A stretch of DNA of 64,000 nucleotides. Origin: Planctomycetota bacterium (lineage in GTDB: Bacteria > Planctomycetota > UBA1135 > UBA2386). Below, piece after piece: positions 56,691 through 64,000 of the stretch (its first letter is position 1; every line of letters starts with the position of its first letter). Location of the stretch: assembly GCA_046290465.1 (NCBI GenBank), contig JBKAGP010000001.1, positions 3,168,001-3,232,000 of the forward strand, written 5' to 3'. A model generated the notes under the pieces. It did no database searches, was not told where the DNA came from, and was given only the letters and a program-made list of their open reading frames with translations. The translations under genes and the position numbers were made by a program.

Positions 56691-57737
56691 CTATCGCCCG
56701 CCGCCGCCGGCCTTCGGCTTGTCGACCCGCTCCGCCTCTGGCGCGGCGGGCGCCACCTGCACCTCCCGCACCACCGGCGCCGGCGCCGAGTCCACTCCTG
56801 ACATCAGGAACAGCGGCGCCATCACCATCGCGAGGTTGCCGACCGCGTTGCGGGTGCGGCCGAGGTCGACGCGAACGATCACGTCCGAGCCGCGGGTCTC
56901 CTTCTCGGCCGACTTCAGGATCTTGCGGAACAGCCGCAGTTCCTTCATCGCGAGCGCGCGCTCGAGCAACGCGTCGACGGCCTCGTCGCTGGCCTTGACG
57001 CCCGGCCCGACCTTGGCGTGGCGCAACGTCATCGTCAGCGTCAGGTGGCGGTCGTCCTCGTCGCCGGTCACCGCGACGCGCCCGGCGAAGAACGCCGGCA
57101 TGTCGTCCTCGGGCCAGGTCGAGCCTTCGAACAGCTGGTCGAGGAACGTGCGGCGTGCCGACCGTTCGCTGAGGTCGGCGACCATGTGCGCGATGCCGCG
57201 GCCCTTGCCGACCGACAGCGACATCACGTCGGCGCTCGGCAGACCGGGCTTACGCTTGCCGTCCATCGCCTGCTCGATGATGTCGGCCGGCGCCATCACG
57301 TGCAGCTTGTCCGTCGGCCACACAAGCGCATGCTCCCGATCCTCGAACCGCAGGTAGACGTCGCGGCCGCGGTGCCGGTAGCTGGTGAACTTCTCCGCCA
57401 TGCCTTCGGGCCTGGCCAGCTTCTGCGCGCCCTCGAACACGAAGATGCGCAGTCGCCGTTCGTCCGCGCCCTCGGCATCCCCGCTCGGCAAGCGCATCGT
57501 CAGCGAGAAGCGATCGAGGGCCTCGAGCGGGAAGCCCAGCGCGTCCCGAGCCATGCCGAACGCCATCTTGAGGGCCGACGACTCGAGCTCGTCGAGGACC
57601 TCCAGCTCGCGCATCGCCCGGAAGTCCGCGGCGACGACGTTGGTGTAGTCGTGCACCATGAAGCAACGGGGATCGACGGCATCTTGCGCGACGAGCACGC
57701 CGGCAGCAAACAGCGACAACAACGGGGCGCGGATCAT
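56691..57737 (-). CDS. Secreted hypothetical protein
   Basis: 348 aa ORF with a signal peptide and normal codon usage. Confidence 0.7.
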   Translation of the reverse strand: MIRAPLLSLFAAGVLVAQDAVDPRCFMVHDYTNVVAADFRAMRELEVLDELESSALKMAFGMARDALGFPLEALDRFSLTMRLPSGDAEGADERRLRIFVFEGAQKLARPEGMAEKFTSYRHRGRDVYLRFEDREHALVWPTDKLHVMAPADIIEQAMDGKRKPGLPSADVMSLSVGKGRGIAHMVADLSERSARRTFLDQLFEGSTWPEDDMPAFFAGRVAVTGDEDDRHLTLTMTLRHAKVGPGVKASDEAVDALLERALAMKELRLFRKILKSAEKETRGSDVIVRVDLGRTRNAVGNLAMVMAPLFLMSGVDSAPAPVVREVQVAPAAPEAERVDKPKAGGGGR

Positions 57738-57773
57738 GCCGGGACTATATCGAGCCGCAACGGCCCCATGCGC

Positions 57774-58292
57774 TCAGCTGGACCCGAAGGGCAATTCCCC
57801 CGCCCGCGGCAGCGCACCTTCCAGTTCGAGCAGCGCCCGCTTGTTGTCGATGCCGCTCGCAAACCCGGTCAGCTGGCCACCCGAGCCGATCACGCGATGG
57901 CAGGGGACCACGATCGTCAGCGGGTTGCGCCCGTTGGCGGCGCCGATCGCCCGCACCGCCGACGGCCGGCCGATCGCCGCCGCCTGCTCGGCGTAGCTGC
58001 GGGTCTCGCCGAACGGGATCTCGCGCAACGCGCGCCAGGCAGCCTGCTGGAACGGCGTTCCGACGGGATCGAGCGGCAGATCGAAGGCGCGCCGCCGCCC
58101 GGCGAAGTACTCGCCGAGCTGTGCGAAGCAGGCGCGCAGCAGGTCGTTGCGCGGTGCCTCACGCAGCTCCCCCACCACGCCGTTGGTAGCCGGATCGCTG
58201 CCGTCGAACAAGATCGCCCGCAGGCCGACGTCGCTGGCGAAGGCGTGCATCGGACCGAGCGGGGTCGGAAAGGTCGTGTGCTCCAGGGTCAT
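57774..58292 (-). CDS. ogt: Methylated-DNA--protein-cysteine methyltransferase
   Basis: TPLG, GTPFQ..W..L..IPFGET.SY, RAIGAANGRNP and VPCHRVIG motifs. Confidence 0.95.
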   Translation of the reverse strand: MTLEHTTFPTPLGPMHAFASDVGLRAILFDGSDPATNGVVGELREAPRNDLLRACFAQLGEYFAGRRRAFDLPLDPVGTPFQQAAWRALREIPFGETRSYAEQAAAIGRPSAVRAIGAANGRNPLTIVVPCHRVIGSGGQLTGFASGIDNKRALLELEGALPRAGELPFGSS

Positions 58293-59716
58293 GCTCGTCG
58301 GTTCCTGTTCTGCTTCGGGGCCGCGGAGTCGGCCATCCAGAGGTAGGCACAGGCGGTGGTACGGTAGGGTCGCCACGCGGCGGCCAGGCCTTCGAGTTCG
58401 CGGGCCGCGGGCACCTCGCCGCCGCGACACGCACCCGCGCCCTTGCGCAGACCGAGGTCGCTGGCCGGAAACGCATCGGCCTGGTCGAACACCCGCGCGG
58501 CGATCAGGTGCGCGCTCCACGGCCCGATCCCGCGCAGGTCGGTCAGCCGCGCGACCAGTTCGTCGAGGTCGAAGGCTGCGGTCAGGTCGAGCTGCCCGTC
58601 GGCGACGGTGCGAGCGAACGCCAGGATCGCCTCGGCGCGCGCCCGCGGCATGTCGAGCACGTCGGGAGACGCTTCGGCGAGTTGCTGCGGCGTCGGGAAC
58701 AGCGAGTGCAGCGAGCCGGTCAGCGGCAGCTCGATGCGCCGGCCGATGCGTTCGACCAGGCGGCCGGCGACCGTCGACGCGCCGGCGACGCTGACCTGCT
58801 GGCCGACCAACACCCGCACGCTGGTCTCGAACGGATCCCACGCGCCCGGCACGCGCAGCCCCGGGTTGTCGCGCACCAGCGCGCCGAGCAGCGGGTCACG
58901 GCGCAGCGCGCGCTCGGCATCCGCGTCGCCACGCGTCAGGCCGAACATGGCGCGCGCGCTCCGGACCTGGTCGAGGATCGAACCGAACGTCGCGAGGTGC
59001 AGCGTCACCTCGAGGTGCTCGCCATCGCCGGCGTCGCACACCTCGGCGACCCCCGGATGCCCGCAGGTCTCGATCGTTCGCCGGTAGACGCCGTCGACGA
59101 CCTCCTCGATCCCGGGGATCGCCCGGCCTGCCAGGTAGCCGAGCATGCGGCTTGGATCGATCACCCCGCCGTGCGGCACCCGCAGGCGCAGGCCGCCGTC
59201 GAGCGGGTCGAGCACGTCGCCGCGACGCCGCTTGCGACGCAGCTCCGACGGCGCGAACCCGAACAGCTGCCGCATCACGCGGTTCATCTGGCGGATGCTG
59301 GAGAATCCGGCCGCGAACGCCACCTCGGTGATGCCGAGGTCGGACTCGTCGAGCAGCCGGCGCGCCAGGTGGGCGCGGTTGGCGCGCGCGACGAAGTCCG
59401 GCGTCGCGCCAACCTCGGCCTCGAACAGCCGGTTCAGCTGACGCGCGCTGTAGCCGACGCGCGCCGCGAGCTGTTCGGTGCTGGCCTCGTCGAGGAAGCC
59501 CGACACCACCAGCCGCAGCGCCTGCGCGACGGCCGGGGTCTGCGCCGACAGGCCGAGGTCGGGCAGCCGATCGGGGCGACACAGCAGGCACGGCCGGAAG
59601 CCGTGGGCGAGCGCCGCGATCGCGTTGGGCATCGGGCGCACGTGGTCGGGGCGCGGCCGCGCCCGACAGTTCGCCCGACAGTAGATGCCGGTCGTCACCA
59701 CGCCCTCGATCTGCAT
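58289..59716 (-). CDS. alkA: Ada metal-binding/AraC-AlkA fusion (adaptive response DNA-3-methyladenine glycosylase)
   Basis: TTGIYCRANC..GFRPCLLCRP, AraC HTH (AFAAGFSSIRQ), AlkA_N region, GQQVSV, GIGPWSA and WRPYR. Confidence 0.92.
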   Translation of the reverse strand: MQIEGVVTTGIYCRANCRARPRPDHVRPMPNAIAALAHGFRPCLLCRPDRLPDLGLSAQTPAVAQALRLVVSGFLDEASTEQLAARVGYSARQLNRLFEAEVGATPDFVARANRAHLARRLLDESDLGITEVAFAAGFSSIRQMNRVMRQLFGFAPSELRRKRRRGDVLDPLDGGLRLRVPHGGVIDPSRMLGYLAGRAIPGIEEVVDGVYRRTIETCGHPGVAEVCDAGDGEHLEVTLHLATFGSILDQVRSARAMFGLTRGDADAERALRRDPLLGALVRDNPGLRVPGAWDPFETSVRVLVGQQVSVAGASTVAGRLVERIGRRIELPLTGSLHSLFPTPQQLAEASPDVLDMPRARAEAILAFARTVADGQLDLTAAFDLDELVARLTDLRGIGPWSAHLIAARVFDQADAFPASDLGLRKGAGACRGGEVPAARELEGLAAAWRPYRTTACAYLWMADSAAPKQNRNRRA

Positions 59717-59935
59717 GGCCGACAGTCTTGCACCCGGACCGGCTCGATGCTGGCCGGATTCGGACATGCATGCACACATTCCTCACTGCCGTCCGGCCGA
59801 GCCTTAACACGGCGCGCGAATCTGACGGACCGCCGCGATCCCAACCGGCGACGCCGCACTCCCCGACCGCACCCGCGTGTCGTGCGGCCGCCGAGATCGC
59901 CGGCGCCTCCAGATCATCCCGCAACAACTCGAGCC

Positions 59936-62275
59936 ATGAACCTCACCACCACTCCGATCGCCATCGCGGCGCTCGGCCTCATGACGGCCGTCGCCGGCGC
60001 GCAGACGCGCGTGCAGATCCTCCACGCCTCGGACCTCGAAGGCGGCGTCGACGCCGTCCAGGACGCGCCGAACTTCGCCGCCGTCGTCGAAGCCCTCGAA
60101 GCGGACGCGCAGAGCGGCGCGATCCCGTCGCTGCTGCTGTCGGCCGGCGACAACTACATCCCCGGCCCGTTCTTCTCGGCCGCCGGCGACTTCACGCTGC
60201 GCAACACGTTCCGGACCGTGCTCGGCCAGCCCGACGCCCGCGAAGGCGAAGGCCGCGTCGACGTCTCGATCATGAACCTGCTCGGCTTCGACGCCTCGGC
60301 GGTGGGCAACCACGAGTTCGACGCCGGCACCGGCGCGTTCGCGAGCATCATCGGCACCGACATCCGCAACAACTTCACCGAGGCTCGCTGGCTCGGCGCG
60401 CAGTTTCCGTACCTGAGCACGAACCTGGACTTCAGCAACTCGTCGCTGGCCGGCCTCTACACCGCGCAGATCCTTCCGAACACGGACTTCCAGGGCGACC
60501 TCGCGGACCTGGTCGCGGCGGCCAACGCGCCGAAGCTGGCGCCGGCCACGACCGTCACGCGCGGCGGCCAGACGTTCGGCATCGTCGGCGCGACCACCCC
60601 GTTGGTCGAATCGATCTCGTCGACGGGCGGCGTCACCGTCAACAACCCGGGTGCCGGCACCAACGACATGGCCGCGCTCGCCTCGCTGATCCAGCCGAGC
60701 ATCGACGCGCTGACCAACCAGGGCATCGACAAGATCATCCTGGTCAGCCACCTGCAGCAGTTCGCGCTCGAGCAGCAACTGGTGTCGCTGCTGAGCGGCG
60801 TCGACATCGTCATCGCCGGCGGCTCGGACACGCTGCTCGCCGATGCCGGCGACCGGCTGCGCGCGGGCGACGTCGCCCAGGGCAACTACCCGACGGTCGC
60901 AACCAACGGCGACGGTGACCCGGCGCTGCTGCTGAGCACCGACGGACAGTACTCGTACGTCGGCCGCCTGGTCGTCGACTTCGACGCCAACGGCGTCGTC
61001 GATCCCAACAGCGTCGTCGCCGCCGAGTCGGGCGCCTACGCGACCGACAACCAGGGCGTGATCGACCTGTTCGGCAACCTGGTCGACCCGTTCCTGGCCG
61101 GCACCGACGCGGCCGCGGTCAAGACCCTGACCGACGCGGTCAGCGCCATCGTCATCGCGCGCGACGCGAACATCGTCGGCCGCGCCGACGTCTTCCTGGA
61201 GGGTCGCCGCACGCCGATCCGCACCGAGGAGACCAACATGGGCAACCTGACGGCCGACGCGAACCTGTTCGTCGCCCGCCAGTTCGACCCCACGGTGCTC
61301 GTCAGCCACAAGAACGGTGGCGGCATCCGTAACCCGATCGGCTCGATCGGCCAGAACGGCGAACTCGGCCCCAACGAGGCCAACCCGCTGTCGGGCAAGC
61401 AGGCGGGCGAGGTCAGCCAGCTGGACGTCGAGAACGCGCTGCGCTTCAACAACGGCCTCGCGCTGCAGACGCTGTCGCGCCAGCAGTTCAAGGACGTGCT
61501 CGAGCACGCGGTCGCCGGCAGCGGGCCGGGCAGCACGCCGGGCCAGTTCGGCCAGTGGGCGGGCGTGTCGTTCAGCTTCGACGTCAGCCTGCCGGCCGGC
61601 AGCCGCGTCCGCTACGCCGCGCTGACCGACGCGACGTCGGAGGCGGTCGTCGTGCAGAACGGCGCGGTCGTCGGCAGCCAGCCGATCCGCATCGTCACGC
61701 TCGACTTCCTCGCCGGCGGCGGTGACGGCTACCCGTTCGACACGTTCGCGGCGGCCGATCCGGTGTTCGCCGACTTCGTCGAGCTCGAGACCGCCGGCCT
61801 GCCGGCCGGCGCCGCGACGTTCGCCGCCGCGGGCTCGGAGCAGGACGCGTTCGCCGAGTACATGCTCGCGAACTTCGCGGCGAGCGCGTTCGGCGCGGCC
61901 GACCGGACGGTCGCGGCCGACCAGCGCGTGCAGCAGATCGGCACCCGCCCGGGCTTCACGGTCGTGCAGAACCAGACGACCTCGCGCGACTACGCGGTCA
62001 CGGCGGCGGCGCCGTTCGCGTTCGGCTTCGTCTCGGTCGGCCTGCGCGCCGGCACCACGTCGTTCGACCTCGGCCTGCTGGGCATGCTGGACAACGGCGT
62101 CGAGACCCTGCTGATCGAGCCGCTCGGCCTCACCGACGGCAACGGTTCGCTGGTGGGTTCGTGGCCGGCGCCGTTCAACGGCACGGTCGGCCTGGTCGGG
62201 CAGGTCCAGCTGCTGTCGCTCGGCAGCACCGGTTTCGCGGCGGCTTCGACCGAATCGGTCGCGTTCGACCTCTAG
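59936..62275 (+). CDS. Secreted bifunctional metallophosphatase/5'-nucleotidase with extra C-terminal domain
   Basis: Signal peptide, plus ILHASDLEG, SAGDN, GNHEFD, VSHL, R.EETNMGNL.AD, NGGGIR and FLAGGGDGY. Confidence 0.92.
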   Translation: MNLTTTPIAIAALGLMTAVAGAQTRVQILHASDLEGGVDAVQDAPNFAAVVEALEADAQSGAIPSLLLSAGDNYIPGPFFSAAGDFTLRNTFRTVLGQPDAREGEGRVDVSIMNLLGFDASAVGNHEFDAGTGAFASIIGTDIRNNFTEARWLGAQFPYLSTNLDFSNSSLAGLYTAQILPNTDFQGDLADLVAAANAPKLAPATTVTRGGQTFGIVGATTPLVESISSTGGVTVNNPGAGTNDMAALASLIQPSIDALTNQGIDKIILVSHLQQFALEQQLVSLLSGVDIVIAGGSDTLLADAGDRLRAGDVAQGNYPTVATNGDGDPALLLSTDGQYSYVGRLVVDFDANGVVDPNSVVAAESGAYATDNQGVIDLFGNLVDPFLAGTDAAAVKTLTDAVSAIVIARDANIVGRADVFLEGRRTPIRTEETNMGNLTADANLFVARQFDPTVLVSHKNGGGIRNPIGSIGQNGELGPNEANPLSGKQAGEVSQLDVENALRFNNGLALQTLSRQQFKDVLEHAVAGSGPGSTPGQFGQWAGVSFSFDVSLPAGSRVRYAALTDATSEAVVVQNGAVVGSQPIRIVTLDFLAGGGDGYPFDTFAAADPVFADFVELETAGLPAGAATFAAAGSEQDAFAEYMLANFAASAFGAADRTVAADQRVQQIGTRPGFTVVQNQTTSRDYAVTAAAPFAFGFVSVGLRAGTTSFDLGLLGMLDNGVETLLIEPLGLTDGNGSLVGSWPAPFNGTVGLVGQVQLLSLGSTGFAAASTESVAFDL

Positions 62276-62319
62276 CCACGCGATCGCCCGGCGCCGTGCG
62301 GCGTCGGGCCAGCGCGCGC

Positions 62320-64000
62320 TCAGCGCACGGTCTTCGCCGCGAGGTACTGCGGCGGGAACGCGTGGCTTGCGACCTCACGGCGCACCGCCTCGCGCTGCAC
62401 CATGTAGGGATCCGCGAGGAAGCCGCGCGCGATCGCGCACAGGTCGGCACGCCCGGCCGCGACGATCGTGTGCGCGTGGTCGAGGCCCTGGATGCCGCCG
62501 ACCGCCATCACCGGCACGCCGGCCTCGTAGCGGATCCGTTCGGCGAACGGGACCTGGTACATCCGGCCGTACTGCGGCCGTGACTCCGGCGCGTTGCCCG
62601 CCGACGACACGTCGATCACGTCGACGCCAGCGTCCTTGAGCCAGCGCGCCACCTGCACCGCCTCGTCGACGGTGAAGCCCTTGCCGTCGTCGTCGAACCA
62701 GTCGGTCGCCGAGATCCGCGCGAACAGCGGCTTGTCGTCCGGCCATGCCGCGCGGACCGCGCGCGCCACCTCCAGCGGAAACCGGGCGCGGTTCTCGAGC
62801 GCGCCGCCGTAGTCGTCGTCGCGACGGTTGCTGAGCGGCGACAGGAAGCTCGACAGCAGATAGCCGTGCGCCATGTGCAGTTCGATGACGTCGAAGCCGG
62901 CCCGCGCGCAGCGGCCGGCGCTGGCGACGAACGCGTCGCGGACGCGCGCCATGTCGGCCTCGTCCATCTGCTTCGGCACGTGCCAGCCCTGGTCGAACGG
63001 CATCGCCGACGGACCGATCGTCTGCCAGGCATCCGCCCCCCGCAGCGGCGCGTCGCCCTGCCACGGCCGGCTGCACGACGCCTTGCGCCCGGCGTGCGCC
63101 AGCTGCATGCCGATCCGGGCCGCCGAGTGGCCGTGCACGAAGCCGACGACGCGCTGCCACGCCGCCTCCTGTTCGTCGGTGTACATCCCCGCGCAACCGG
63201 GCGTGATGCGGCCGTCGGCGGTGACGTTGGTCATCTCGGTGAACACCAGCCCGGCGCCGCCGACGGCGCGGCTGCCGAGGTGCACGAAGTGCCAGTCGTC
63301 GACGACGCCGTCGGTCGCCGAATACATGCACATCGGCGACACGACGACGCGGTTGGGCAAGGTCACCCCGCGGCACGCGAACGGCAGGAACGCGGGCAGC
63401 TCGGTGCCGGCGGCACCGTTCTCCTCGGCGACGACCCGGTCGACCTTCGCCACCAGCTCCGGGTCGCGGGTCTCGAGGTTGTCGTGGGTGATGCGCTTGC
63501 TGCGCGTCATCAAGTTGAAGACGAACTGATCCGGGCTCTGGCCGAGGTAGCGCGCGCTGTTCTCGAACCACTCCAGGCTGGTCTGCGCGGCGCGCTGCAC
63601 CTTGAGAACGTCGATGCGGCGCGCGTCCTCGTAGGCCTCGAGCGCGCGCGGGATCGAGTCGACGTTGGCGGCGACCGCGTCGGCCAGCGCGATCGAGTCC
63701 TCCATCGCGAGCTTGGTGCCCGAGCCAATCGAGAAGTGCGCGGTGTGCGCCGCGTCGCCGAGCAACACGACGTTCTGGTGACGCCACGAGCCGCAGCGGA
63801 TCGTCGGGAACGTGCGCCAGATCGAACGGTTGATCAGCAGGTCCTCGTCGCGCAGGTGGTCGGCGAACAGCTCGCGGCAGAACTGCGCCGACTGCTGCTC
63901 GTCGAGCCGGTCGAGCCCCGCGTTCTTCCAGGTCTCCTCGCGACACTCGACGATCCACGTGCCGCGCCCCTGCTCGAACGGGTAGGCGTGCACCTGGAAC
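62320..64000 (-). CDS. Bifunctional salicylyl-/anthraniloyl-CoA monooxygenase-reductase (FAD monooxygenase + OYE-like domain), 5' end outside window
   Basis: GDAAHTAHFSIGSGTKLAMED and LMTRSKRITHDNL, followed by NRVVVSPMCMY, QLAHAGRK and ELHMAHGYLL. Confidence 0.9.
   Translation of the reverse strand, partial: FQVHAYPFEQGRGTWIVECREETWKNAGLDRLDEQQSAQFCRELFADHLRDEDLLINRSIWRTFPTIRCGSWRHQNVVLLGDAAHTAHFSIGSGTKLAMEDSIALADAVAANVDSIPRALEAYEDARRIDVLKVQRAAQTSLEWFENSARYLGQSPDQFVFNLMTRSKRITHDNLETRDPELVAKVDRVVAEENGAAGTELPAFLPFACRGVTLPNRVVVSPMCMYSATDGVVDDWHFVHLGSRAVGGAGLVFTEMTNVTADGRITPGCAGMYTDEQEAAWQRVVGFVHGHSAARIGMQLAHAGRKASCSRPWQGDAPLRGADAWQTIGPSAMPFDQGWHVPKQMDEADMARVRDAFVASAGRCARAGFDVIELHMAHGYLLSSFLSPLSNRRDDDYGGALENRARFPLEVARAVRAAWPDDKPLFARISATDWFDDDGKGFTVDEAVQVARWLKDAGVDVIDVSSAGNAPESRPQYGRMYQVPFAERIRYEAGVPVMAVGGIQGLDHAHTIVAAGRADLCAIARGFLADPYMVQREAVRREVASHAFPPQYLAAKTVR

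Noticed and set aside
59780..59935. Pho-box or Ada-box in the alkA / 5'-nucleotidase divergent region
   Set aside because: Only a single CTTAACA half-site-like word is present, with no convincing repeat.
1..64000. Global reassignment of TGA to Trp or Gly (genetic code 4 or 25) as the explanation for the in-frame TGAs
   Set aside because: TGA is clearly a true stop in many genes here (ATGA/GTGA overlaps at 2025, 6162, 17114, 29670, 46385, 54710), and the three internal TGAs fall only at Cys positions.

Overview
Very GC-rich, densely coding bacterial chromosome segment, most likely from a Planctomycetota genome (inference from the DUF1553/DUF1549 + DUF1501 gene pair, two ECF sigma/anti-sigma pairs and many exported proteins). 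About 50 genuine genes lie among many shadow ORFs. They include lpxA, speA, glyA, hflK/hflC, thpR, ogt, an Ada-AlkA fusion, a PTS enzyme I homologue, a VIT/VWA + two-component operon, peptidases, a 5'-nucleotidase and a partial anthraniloyl/salicylyl-CoA monooxygenase-reductase. I recognised no rRNA, tRNA, CRISPR array or transposase. The main result is three unrelated exported genes (38338-39234, 48712-48999, 51819-52349), which the ORF track splits or misses. Each has one in-frame TGA exactly at the first position of a CxxC motif (U-G-W-C, U-L-Q-C, U-G-P-C), followed by a SECIS-like hairpin with GU in its loop, so they are candidate periplasmic selenoproteins. Other points: a structured 87-bp repeat bounded by CTAG in two copies, one of which sits where an upstream stop codon is missing; a shared C-terminal domain on several secreted proteins; an enzyme I lacking its catalytic Cys; two M16 pseudo-peptidases behind lpxA; a ClpN-PepE fusion; and a protein made of about 8 tandem alpha/beta units. 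All calls come from reading the sequence by eye, and start codons are best estimates.
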